Source: Vicugna vicugna (Eukaryota). Taken from it: a DNA stretch of 20,655 nucleotides. The DNA lies in the NCBI GenBank assembly GCA_013265495.1, contig MU057993.1:62001-82655 (forward strand). Direction: 5' to 3'. Both the position numbers and the translations under genes were made by a program. Shown one piece after another: positions 1 through 10,613 of this stretch (position 1 is the first letter of the stretch; each line of letters starts with the position of its first letter). The notes under the pieces are model-generated. The model searched no databases. It was not told where the DNA came from and saw only the letters and a list, made by a program, of their open reading frames with translations.

Positions 1-2420
1 GGGGGGAAACTTAATCAAGCTAAGCATTTAGTCCAGCAGGGGCTGGACACACTGAGCCACCTGCTCGTCCCTGGAACACTTCTATCTTTACTATCCCAAA
101 AAGGCCAGGCAAGCGGGTTGCATTACCTCAGGGCTGTAAGTGCTATAATCCCACCCCTGGGAGCCCGGCAGCCAGGCCCCCCAGCCCTGCTATTACTCCT
201 GCAGATTGGCCTGTCGTGGTTGTTGATCTTAAAGATTGCTCTTTCACTAGTAAGTTGGTAAAATCAGACCGAGAGCGTTTTGCTTTCTCTTTACCTTCAC
301 CTGACAATCAGGCCCCTTTGTCTCACTGTCAGTGGCGAGTTCTGCCTCAGGGAATGACTAACAGCCCCACTACTTGCCAGCTCTGTGTTCACCAGGCCCT
401 GCTGCCTGAGCGCTCTGCTTTTCCTTCCTGCCTGGTTTATCATTATGTGGATGATGTTTTACTTGCAGCACCTACACAATCCCAGCTTCTAACTATCGAT
501 TTATGATGGATCCCCTTTCCAAATACGCACTCCAAATAGCACATGAAAAACTTCAGCTTCAAAGACCTTGGGATTATCAAGGTTACATCTTTTTTAGATG
601 AACTAATCCATCTCAATCAGGAATCTAGATACTACTCGCCTTCCTACTTTAAATGATTTTCAGAAATTTGGGGGAGATATAAATTATATTTGACCCATTT
701 TAGGCATCACTGTGGGACAACTTTCTAGTTTATTCAACAACCTTAAGGGAGATTCACCCTTAGAGCCCCCCTGAAAATGAACTCCAGAAGCTAAAGAGGA
801 AATAGCACTCATTAAAAGGGCATCCAAAACAGACAATTAGGTAGGAGACAATTGGACCACCCAATTGATTTCTTCTTATTCCCCACCTTTTGGAAACTTA
901 CAGGATTATTGGGACAGCTTATTAGCAAAATTCAATGTATAAAATAGATACTACTTTCTCATTTCTTTAAAGCAAACAAAAAACTTCTCTCCTATGCTCA
1001 ACAGCTTATAAATTTGTTATATAAGGGCCGATATCGCTGTCAGCAATTGACTGGCTATGATCCAGACATGATTTACCCAAAAATATCCTTAAGGTTTCCA
1101 ACAATTAGTCTCTTGATTTCTAATCTGCCATAGCTGACTTTACGGGGCAATTTGTTTATTCTCTACCCTCTGAGAAGTTGTTACAACAGCTAGCCCTTAT
1201 CAATGTCATTTTGCCTCACAAGATTGTGACCACTCCTATTCACAAAGCTGTCATTGTCTTTATTGATGGCTCTGGAAAAACAACTAAGTCTGCATTTCCT
1301 GGACAAGCAAGGGCATAGATTGTTTTCTGCAGGGCAACCTCAACACAAAGAGCAGAACTTAAAGCTGCCATTATGGCATTGCAACACCCTGTTAATTTGA
1401 TGTTTCACAATACATGGTTTATTTATACAAAATATAAAACAGTCATCAATTAAGAAATTAACAGACTCCTCTCTCTTTTCGCTGTTTCTTACTTTGCAAT
1501 CTCTAATAGATAAATGTAAACATCCCCTTTTTGACATACACGTAGGGTCCCATACCAATCTACCCGGGACAGCCAGCAATGCTATGGCAGATCACTTTGT
1601 TGGTTGCAGCTTGGCTTTCAAAACAGCACAACAATCGCATAAATTCTTTCATCAAAACTGTAAGTCTCTGGTTAAACAGTTTCACCCAACAAACCGTCAA
1701 GCAAAACATTATTTCAGCTTGTCCTGTTCGACAGTTATTGGCTGGAGGACAGAAATCTTGGGGTGCCAATCCTTGGGGCTTAGAGCCCAATCAAATATGG
1801 GAAACAGACATGACTCACTATCCTTCATTTGGTCCCTAAAAGTATGTCCACGTTTCCATCAATGCCTTTTCTAAATCTATCTCTGCTTCCACACACATTG
1901 GTGAAAAAACAAAACACGTTATTAGTCACCTTCTTCATGCCTTTGCACACCTGGGCAAGCCATAACAAATAAAAACTGGCAATGGACGCAGCTATACCTC
2001 TGCTAAATTTAAACTCTTGTCAAAACTGCGAATTACAACAAGTTACAGGAATTCCTCTTAATCCCTCTGGACAAGCCATTATAGAAGGTACACATTCCAC
2101 ATTAAACTCTATGATTTAAAAACAAAAAGGTGGGGGGAGGATACACGCAGTATGATCTTCACAGATAGGTTACACAGAGCTGTATAAACTAAATTTTTTA
2201 AACTGTGTTGCTCAAGGTCTCACAGCAGCAGCTCACCATTTTACTAAAACAGCTCTGTTAGAGCAGAAATTCTAGAAAAAATATTACACAGGAAAATGAT
2301 TCATGGGAAGGGCCCTTTAAATTAGTCACCTGGGGGCGAGGATATGCTTGTGTTCTTTTACCCCCAGGACCAGTTTGTCTACCTCCCTCATGTCAAACTT
2401 CACCGCAGACTGGAAGAACA
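1..2420 (+). pseudogene. pol: Class II (betaretrovirus-like/ERVK) pol remnant: RT, RNase H and integrase; frameshifted, 5' end outside the window
   Basis: Translated motifs: [32 protein letters not shown] (LPQG 342-353), YVDD (444-455), class II thumb motif PTLNDFQKxxGDIN (about 643-690), RNase H VFIDGS, QRAELKA and HVGSHTNLPG, IN zinc finger HKFFHQN...ACPV, core PNQIWETDMTHYPSFG, C-terminal WEGPFKLVTWGRGYACV (about 2303-2355). Many stops and frameshifts. Confidence 0.93.
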
Positions 2421-2464
2421 TACCTTATGACCCCAACCTTCAGGAGGACAATCCTGTCCCTCAG

Positions 2465-2780
2465 ATGGCCAGCCTCTCCCTATTAGACCCCCAACCAGAG
2501 ACCTGCCCAAACATCCTTAAGGCACCAGGTGTGACCTTGGGACAATTTAAGAAACTCAGTCAACAGACCAATGAATTTATGCAATGTGTTGGAGTCCCTC
2601 CAATCCAGATAGGTCTGTTTCCAGTCAGTCTCACACGTCCCTGAGAAGGGGCTAGCGGCTTTAATAAACTAGCACAAACTATCTCTAAATGGAGGCCTAA
2701 ATGCTTTATTGGATGGCCCATAGCATTCATCATCTCTGCCGCCGTCACTACCGCTGCAGCTTCTGCAGTGACTGTAAGTT
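2465..2780 (+). pseudogene. env: Betaretrovirus-like env 5' remnant: leader joined in frame to the SU C-terminus, furin site and fusion peptide
   Basis: From ATG 2465: MASLSLLDP...VTLGQFKKLSQQ (compare HERV-K leader PTWAQLKKLTQL), then LFPVSLTRP*EGASG (compare WIPVSMDRPWEASPS), RPKC/FIGWPIAFIISAAVTTAAASAVTVS (degenerate RPKR plus hydrophobic fusion peptide). Confidence 0.8.
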
Positions 2781-2783
2781 GCT

Positions 2784-3229
2784 ATGGGGCCGCGCCATCT
2801 GTTCCACCCAATAGCCCATTGGGCATGGTTTTGAATGGATGGTCTAATTATAGTTAGCCACCTATGACTAAGAAAAAGATGGTATTTTACTGTAATACTG
2901 CTTGAGTATTGTACGTCTTAGGTTCTGGGGAACACTGGCCTGAAAATGGGTTATTAAATTACTATATCATTCTCCAGTTAGAACTGTTTTGCCAGAGAAA
3001 AGGTAAATGGGAAGAAGTACCATATATACAAGTCTTTATGAAAGTCTATAATGAGGAAGGAAGGAAGCCAGGTACTAGATTGCTGGTTCAAATACAAGCA
3101 GAGAAGGAATATAAAAATGAACAGAGAAAGGTTACCAGACAAGTGAGGGAAGAAAGAAAACAGCAAGAACAAGCACCTTCCAATGTCATGGTCGCCCAAG
3201 GTATCATAGACGAGGAAGTTAAGGACTGA
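2784..3229 (+). pseudogene. gag: ERV1 mini-gag: matrix domain joined to the gag C-terminus (capsid and nucleocapsid absent)
   Basis: (M)GAAPSVPPNSPLGMVLNGW...KKKMVFYCNTA*VLYVLGSGEHWPENGLLNYYIILQLELFCQRKGKWEEVPYIQVF is collinear with the inner provirus MA. Ends in GAC TGA CGG GGC CCG GG, the same gag-stop context as 7416-7432. Confidence 0.85.
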
Positions 3230-4060
3230 CGGGGCCCGGGGCTCTCAGCTATGTTAAAGGTCCCCTGTAACAATTGCCACCCAAGAGCCTTGGGTACAGC
3301 TGACAGTGGGGTCTCAACTAGCGGACTTTCTAGTGGATAATGGCAGAAACTTCTGTCCCAGTACCAATGACTCAACTGCTGTTACGACCTGTGGAATGCA
3401 AATTTTGAGAAAGGGAGCAAGTAATTTGGAAACAAAAAGAAATCTTAAATGTCTTCTATAGAAGTCAGTAAAAATGTTTAGCTATCTAGTCAGGCAGCTT
3501 TGATTTGTTCCACCTGCCAAAAATTCAATTTCTATCCAACCTCTTCTGAGTCTTACATCGTTGTACCTAATTTATGGCTAAAGATTTAAAATGGGAATTA
3601 TGAGGTCTCTGTGTTTGTGATTGTACGTACCTATATGTGTGCTGTATATATGTGGCATGGCCAAAATTAATTCATTAAAGAGCTCTATCCAATTGGCTTA
3701 AAGGAAATTAAATGCTTATATAAATACTCAGGAATATAAAAGAAACTGGCCAGAATGAAAATTGGGTTTATGTGATCTAAAAAATATTCAGTACTGAATT
3801 AATACCTGGTCATTGAAGTTAGCTTAAGCAAATTGGTTTGATAAATATAGACATGTCTCGAGATTCATTAATGTTAAGAATAAAACTTCTACTGTACTTA
3901 GGTTTAATAGAAATACATAAGATCTTGTCATATTTGTTAAAATTTGTTAGCAAGAAAAACAACTCGGTATAATATTCTTGTAAGTAACTTAAATACAGAT
4001 GAGAAAGAGCTTTTCGGTAAACTCTTTAGGAATGATTATTTCAGGAATATCTACTCAAAT

Positions 4061-4702
4061 TGTTAGAGCAGGCAGATAGCTAGATATGAGCAGAGAAAGG
4101 GGGACACAGACCAAATGGCAGGAATTAGGCAGAAAAGAGGGGCACAGGACAAATGCAGGAAACCACACGTCATGTGAGCAGCAGGGATCCTTGGGCAGAG
4201 AAAGAAAAGCTGGAATCCTTGGGCTGATAAGGGACCACAACTTTTGGCTTGGAGGCCAACAAAGAAAGGTCAGAAAAGGCAGGAATTTCCAGTGCCCGAA
4301 TGTAACCTTTTACTCATTATGCCCTCATTTCAATAAAATTAGCCTTGCAGATCAGAAGTACCCATCATGCACCGACGCCATGAGGCTTCCGATCCAGACT
4401 GAATAAGGACAAAAATCCCTCCTCCCTTTGGGAAGGTGGAGTTGGGATGATAATCAGGGAATACGACCCAAACCCTTCCCTCCCCAATGAATATTCCGCC
4501 CATTCATTTTTACACCCTATGTAACTAACTTGCCAAAGAAACTAAGGGCAGCTGCTCACCTGAGCCTGCCCGCTCTCCCCTGAGAGTGTACTATCCATCC
4601 TTTAATAAATCCTCACTTTAACTTTTTAACCTCTAAGTCTTGTCTGAATGTTTTCTGGGACGGGACAAGAATCTGGTACACCAGTTGCACCTATCGGCGA
4701 CA
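4061..4702 (+). repeat. 5' LTR of the inner provirus (642 bp)
   Basis: Starts TGTTAGAGCAGG, ends GGCGACA; near-identical to 10614-11211. CCAAT (4484-4488) and CCGCCC (4496-4501) lie upstream of a TATA-like TATGTAA (4518-4524); AATAAA at 4604-4609. Confidence 0.97.
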
Positions 4703-4706
4703 TGTT

Positions 4707-4726
4707 TGGCAAGCTGCAGCCAGGAG
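4707..4726 (+). promoter_or_regulatory. Primer-binding site, degenerate, tRNA-Arg(ACG) type
   Basis: TGGCAAGCTGCAGCCAGGAG lies 4 nt after the 5' LTR. The complement of the tRNA-Arg(ACG) 3' end is TGGCGAGCCAGCCAGGAG, so it differs by one substitution and a 2-nt insertion. Confidence 0.75.
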
Positions 4727-4907
4727 ATTGCAGATCTGGTAAGCCAAGGCCTCTCGCCTCCCTTGCGCTTGAGAGACTCAATTACTCTCTTATCATCTGT
4801 CACTTCTAGGGCGCTCGCCACTAAAACCAGTGAGGGGATCATGGACTAAAGAGACGATAGTTCTGTTCTGATAGTTCAGTTCTTTGCCTACCGCAAAACA
4901 ATTTTCT

Positions 4908-5243
4908 ATGCTGCATTCTATAGGCACACAGTTAAGAGCTTAATACTACCCCCTCCCCGAGGCTATCCTTGTCTCCTCTCCCTGCCTCCACCTCGCTACT
5001 TTCTGGTCTTTCTCTGCAAATGGGAGGGGGGAAGGAGGAATTTACCGAGCACTTCCCAAACCTTGCTGCCAGGTTTGTTTTCTATTTCTCATTGTTACAT
5101 ATGCACAGGGCTTGTTAGGGAAAGTTCCCAACAACTTTCACAGGAAGCTAAGGACCCAAACAACTTATAGGATATTTGCCCTCTGGGTTTCAAAAATAAA
5201 TACAGCTTTAAATAAACTACAAGAGAGCATAGACAGCGGCTGA
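4908..5243 (+). pseudogene. Candidate pre-gag accessory ORF in the leader (111 codons, one internal stop)
   Basis: ATG 4908, TAA 4941-4943, then open to TGA 5241-5243: MLHSIGTQLRA*YYPLPEAILVSSPCLHLATFWSFSANGRGEGGIYRALPKPCCQVCFLFLIVTYAQGLLGKVPNNFHRKLRTQTTYRIFALWVSKINTALNKLQESIDSG. No homology verified. Confidence 0.4.
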
Positions 5244-5413
5244 GGCTGCAGTCCCTATGGGAGCTCCCTCCAGCCACAGGTGCTTACTGGGGGACCATGT
5301 CCCTGATGATGGTGGGGGGACAATCCCTCACCGCGCGATAGGGTTCAGGCTATCATTTGCTTCCTACCACGGCACAAGGTCCTGGCGTCTAACAGACGCC
5401 CTCATGGTACACT

Positions 5414-5836
5414 ATGTATACGGGGTCTACACCTACTCCAACCCCGCCTCTCTTAAGGTGGGACAGGATCTGGGCAATAGGGCCATGCTCTTGGCTGCGC
5501 CCCGCTGATACTGCACTTGGCGTTTTCCACCCAGGCCCTCAGTTCCCCCTCAGTACAGGCATGATGCTTCCACCTCGCGTCACCATACACCTTTCCCCGT
5601 GCGCAGCCCGCTGGATGGAGTGCATGTGGGAGGGAGAAGGGGGATGGAACGCTAAGATCTGGGGCATCACCCACAAAAGAAAGAGGTTATCCCACTGGGC
5701 CTTCAGGAAGGTCGCCATCTCGGGTTCTGCAGACCCAGGATGGGACAAGGTGAGCTCCCAGGACACTGAGACCATCAAGGCAGTTTGCCATGTGGGGGGT
5801 CGCTACCCCTACATCGGCCAGGTTCGGCAGGACTAG
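5414..5836 (+). other. Second candidate leader ORF (140 aa, Trp/Pro/Gly-rich), function unknown
   Basis: Uninterrupted ORF in the ORF track, inside the 1.24-kb leader, ending about 107 nt before the gag ATG. Confidence 0.3.
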
Positions 5837-5943
5837 GTGGACAGGGACGCCTGGAACCAGTCCTGTCTTACGAAGTCCCCAGGGAACCTCCTAACGTTAA
5901 TGTTCCTTCTCTGTTACAGGAGCATTCTCTCCCTGAAGGATCC

Positions 5944-7421
5944 ATGGGAAACACTTCCTCCATCCCCAAGGACTCACCTCTTGGGTGCGTTCTGAGTCAC
6001 TGGAACCAATTTTCTCTAGATTCTTTAAAACAGAAAAAATTCATTTTCTTTTGTAACACAGCCTGACCCCAATATAAACTCAGGGACAATGAGGCCTGGC
6101 CAGAAAATGGAAGCCTCAACTATAATACTATCCTACAGTTAGACTTTTTTGTAAAAGACAGGGAAAATGGACAGAAGTTCCTTATGTTCAGGCCTTTATG
6201 GCCTTAAGAGAAAACCCAGAGCTTTGCAAGTCCTATGTAAGGGAACCTTGTCGGCTGGGACCCATTCAAGCTACACAGAAGCCCCTATAATAGCAACTCT
6301 GGAGGAACACAAGCCCCAGACAGAAGACCCAAGCCCAGATGCTCTTTCACCATCTTCAACCCCTCCCCCACGCTATAAGCCTCTTTACCCTTCCGTACCG
6401 AAAGTGCAGCCAAACTTTCTTTGCCCCCTCCAGGAAGTAGCAGGTGGGCCTCAGGGAATTACCAGAGTCCACACTCCATTTTCTTTAACCTCAACCAGTG
6501 TCGCACACTGTTGGGCCGATTCTCAGAAGACCCCAGTCGGTTCACTGAAGATTCCAGACACTGACTCTCTGCTTTGATCTTACATGGAAAGACCTAAATA
6601 TTGTCCTTTCCCACTGCTGCACCACTGAGGAAAAGACCCGTATCTGGGCATAGGCTCAAACATATGCTGATGGATTACACATTACCCAGCCTCAGCAATA
6701 CCCTGTGGGCTTGACAGCAGTGCCTCTAATTGATCCCAATTGGGATTATCATCCAGGCCAGCCTGGCATCACTAGAAGGGACCGCATGTTCCTTTGCCAT
6801 ATTGAGGGAATGAAATGGTGCATAATTAAACCTGTTAACTATGATAAGGTTAAAGAGATCACCCAGGGCCGAGATGAAAATCCAGCCCTATTTCAGGCTC
6901 GGTTGGTAGATACCCTCAAAAAGTATACTAATGTAGACCCAAACACTTTTGAGGGACATACTGTATTTGCAACCCACTTTATTAGCCAATCAGCCCCTGA
7001 TATACGTAGAAAGCTTCAAAAGCTTGCCATGGGGCCCCAAACCCCTCTTAACCATCTTATTGGCACGGCCTGCAGTGTCTTTAATTATAGAGACCTGGCT
7101 GAGGAGGAAAGTTAGGACCAGCGTGACGTAAGACGGGAGCGACGGCAAGCCAAGCTTCTGACAGCTGTCATGATAAAACCTAACCCACCTCCTGGCCACC
7201 CCAAAAGTACTCCCAGAAGACCCCCACCAGAAAGAGGAGTCTGTTTTGGCTGTGGGAGCCCTGAACACTGGAGCAAGGAATGCCCAGGAAGCCGGTCTCA
7301 GCCTCCACCCAAGATGCCATGCCCACTCTGTAAAAAGATGGGCCACTGGAAGAGGGAATGCCCTCAGCTCCGAAGGGAGGGAGGAAATTCCCCCACACCA
7401 GTCAAGGCAGTGGTTGATTGA
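5944..7421 (+). pseudogene. gag: gag of the inner provirus (MA, proline-rich region, CA, NC with two CCHC knuckles), disrupted
   Basis: MGNTSSIPKDSPLGCVL..., [22 protein letters not shown]-like [44 protein letters not shown] and [14 protein letters not shown], terminal TGA 7419-7421. Internal stops at 6064, 6651 and 7113; about 4 frameshifts. Confidence 0.95.
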
Positions 7422-8580
7422 TGGGACCCGGGACCTCCCAATGCTCCTGAGAAGACAGTCATCATCACTCAAGAGGAACAACTGGTGACCATTGACGTGG
7501 CAGGTAAGCTTGTCCAATTTCTAGTGGAAACAGGAGCCACTAAATCTGTCCTGACTTCTCACGCTGGGCCACTTTCCCCTGAAACCTGCTCTATTGTTGG
7601 GGTAGAAGGAAGGGCAAAGCTAAAACATTTCACCACCCCTCTAACTTGCGCCTGGGGAAATACCCTTATAACTCATAAATTTCTTGTCATGCCTAAATGC
7701 CCCAGCCCATTATTCGGAAAAGATTTTTCTCTCGGCCTTGGAGGTAACTCTTATGCTCCCTGAAAACCAAAAACAGGGCTTATTTTTGTCTGGAATATAT
7801 ATTATAAAAGATACAAACAGTCCAGCCAAAAATATTCCCCCAGAAATAAAAAAAAAAAAAATTGTAGATCCACAGGTCTGGGATCAGAGAATCCCAGGAA
7901 AGGCAAAGTTTGTCACTCCTGTAAAAATAACTTCAAAGGAAACTAGTAACTTCACTTTCAGTGCCAATATCATATAAAACCAGAGCCTCGACGAGGCCTC
8001 CAACCCCTAATCCCAAAATTCATTAAATATGGGCTTTTGGTGGCATGCCAATCCCCTGTAATACTCCAATCCTACCTGTCCTCAAACCAAATGGGGAATA
8101 CAGAATGGTCCAAGAACTTCGAATCATAAATGAAGCTGTAATTCCTCTCCATCCTATTGTTCCCTACCCATACACAATCCTCACTCAGATCCCTGAGGAC
8201 ACCGCCTGGTTTACAGTCCTAGATCTTAAAGATGCCTTCTTTTGCATACCCATTCACCCTGATTCCCAATACCTTTTTGCTTTTGAGTGGACTGATCCAA
8301 ACACTAATGAAACGCTACAATATACCTGGACTGTCCTTCCTCAGGGATTCCAGGATAGCCCACACCTGTTTGGCAATGCCTTAGCAAAGGAACTAAGGGA
8401 ACTCAAATTAGAGACGGGGCATTATTACAATACATAGATGACCTCCTTATCTGCAGCCCCTCAAAGGAAGCTTCAGACCAAAACACTATACAGGTCCTTC
8501 TCAGCACTCCTACTGCAGTAAAGTTACAGGGGACCACTAATTCGGTACATCTTTCTAGAATTAAACCTACCCCTCCCCAT
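7422..8580 (+). pseudogene. pol: pro-pol of the inner provirus: protease, N-terminal RT, large internal deletion, IN C-terminal tail
   Basis: In frame with gag after the TGA (readthrough layout). FLVETGATKSVL (catalytic DTG changed to ETG), PCNTPILPVLKPNGEYRMVQELR, LDLKDAFF, WTVLPQGFQDSPHLFG, YIDD (8431-8442), then directly QVLLSTPTAVKLQGTTNSVHLSRIKP (IN C-terminus). Confidence 0.95.
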
Positions 8581-8878
8581 GAGTCTTCACAGGACACAGA
8601 TTCCAGGCTAAGTACCATTATCTCCCCTTGTGCCTGCTGTTACCCTCATCCGCCCACACTGACAAATATGCTTTGGTGGATTTGCATACTTATTGTCCTC
8701 TTTCTCCTGCTAGCTCTCACAATCTTATGAGTGCCGCTTTAACACCACACCCACACTTGAAAAAAAATGCTCTGTCAGTACTGGGTTTAGTAAAACCCGC
8801 TCCAATTCTAAAAGACACCCCACAGTTTCTTTTTTTCTCTGCCTTTTTTTCTTTTTCTCTTCCCCCCTCACCCCCCAA

Positions 8879-10488
8879 GTGCTAGGAACCCTAACTCTAC
8901 CCTTACTTGTTCTTGTCTCATTTATCCAATCTCTTTGGTCTCAAGAGTTAACATGGAAAGATAACACAATAGTCAATAACTCTCGGATTATCGCTAAGGG
9001 AGAAAATCTCTCTCTGCTGGATTTGCCATACACAACCCATCACCCCAGGAGACATAAGCACTATTCTCAAGGACTACCCAGTCAACAACCACACTGTATT
9101 CTCTGCTTTTAATCAGTCTACTTTTGATTACTCTAGACAAGATTTCTCTTTAATCGTTACATGGGAGAGGCCCCCTCCTCTGTGTTACCACATCACACCT
9201 CCCTACTCAAAGGCTATAAATATCACCAAAACCTCCCTTATCTGTAATCAAGTTCTAGGATGTACCCCTTGTTACAATGATACTCACAGAGGAAACATAG
9301 ACCCCTTTTCAGCCCGTGAGGCTCTCTCTAACAAAACATAAGCCTACCCCTAAATATCTTTAAGCCTATAAATTGGAGTGATATAGTGGGCCAGCCTCTT
9401 TACACATCATCCTGCACTCCTAACCACACACATTTATGCTATTACAATTCACAAACTAATGCCAACAAAATTTCTTGCTCTAGTTATATCAGCTATCCCC
9501 TTACTATGAGACTCCCTGTCTATGAACCCCCTCCTGGATACTCCAAACCAAAAACAAAATTCAAAATACAGATGGACCCCTCCATAACTGTCTCCCACCT
9601 CCCGAAACTTTTCTCCAGCTATATAACCAAACCAATCTCACAGTTTGACCAGCACCACCTGGATTATTATGGCTATGTGGAACCTCAGATAACTACCTCA
9701 CAGTGACCAAAGCCATTGCTCTCTCACATCTAGACAATACACTTCACTATGGGGACTGCAGCTTGGGAACCCTGGCTCCAGCCCAAATAACTGTCCTCAA
9801 TGTGACCCATGTGAGACAAAAAAGGGCCTTTGGTCTGGTACTAGCGGAAATTATAGGGACGGTAGGTGATGCTGCCCCTTGGGGAGGATTTGCCTACCAT
9901 GAAACAACCTTGAGGGAGCTAACCTCCTTCCTGGATAATGCACTAAAGAAAACCGGAGACACTCTAACACTCTTACAAAAGTCCCTTGATTCTCTGGCAG
10001 GGGTAGTCTTTGACAATCGCTGAGCCCTAGACTATCTCTTAGCAAGCAAAGGAGGGGTTTCTGCAGTCATAAATAAAACATGCTGCACATACATTAATGT
10101 CTCAGGGGAAGTAGAAGTAAATGTTAAAGAAATTTATGAACAGGCTTCCTGGCTCCACAGGTACAACCAAGGAAAACAGGAATGGACTGAGACACTTAAG
10201 GGATCGTTTCCAGGGTATACCTGGCTTCTTCAATTTCTAGGCCCCACAGCCACCATATTTCTCATCTTTCTCTTTGGTCCTTGTATTTTTAACCACCAAG
10301 TAAAATTTCTATCCTCTAGAATACAACAACTTCATCTTCAAATGATGATGCAACAAGGATTCCAACCCATTCCACCTGAAGATAAAGACCATCAACATCC
10401 ACTGGACAAGGCCTCTGCCTCCTTCTACTCCCCACTCTCCATCCCTGCCACTACTAACAATCACGAAACCCATATCTCTGACAGATAG
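8879..10488 (+). pseudogene. env: env of the inner provirus, gamma-type, resembling primate EnvV (ERV-V); disrupted
   Basis: Signal peptide (GTG start), WKDNTIVNNSRIIAKGENLS, CWIC (9015-9026), furin site RQKR (9814-9825), AFGLVLAEIIGTVGDAAPWGGFAYHETTLRELT, ISD-like SLDSLAGVVFDNR*ALDYLLA, (C>S)AVINKTCC, anchor TWLLQFLGPTATIFLIFLFGPCIF, stop 10486-10488. Several stops and frameshifts. Confidence 0.92.
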
Positions 10489-10603
10489 CAAGGAGATCTG
10501 GGCCCACAGGTAGGGATTACGTCCATATTCAGCTTGAAGCAGTTACAGAAGACTGACCATCAGCCCTTTTCCCCTTAAAAGATTTTAAGGGTCCAGACTC
10601 CTT

Positions 10604-10613
10604 GAGGGGAAAA
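10604..10613 (+). promoter_or_regulatory. Polypurine tract
   Basis: GAGGGGAAAA immediately before the TG of the 3' LTR. Confidence 0.9.

Noticed and set aside
2771..2779. Splice donor-like ACT/GTAAGT at the beta/gamma junction, suggesting a spliced retrocopy
   Set aside because: The GT is retained in the DNA, so this junction is not a splicing product. The motif may be chance.
4086..4406. 106-aa ORF with a twin at 10639-10845 (and antisense twins)
   Set aside because: Lies inside the LTRs. The duplication is explained by the LTR repeat, the 3' copy has an early stop, and there is no recognisable domain.
6990..7517. 175-aa minus-strand ORF as an antisense protein
   Set aside because: Shadow of the GC-rich gag-pro frame, with no independent evidence.
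7848..7861. A14 run as a retroposon tail
   Set aside because: No TSD or element body; more simply an expanded homopolymer within the pro-RT linker.
8879..10488. Functional syncytin or co-opted env at this locus
   Set aside because: GTG start, frameshifts (about 9012 and 9703), a stop in the ISD region (10021) and loss of the first Cys of CX6CC.
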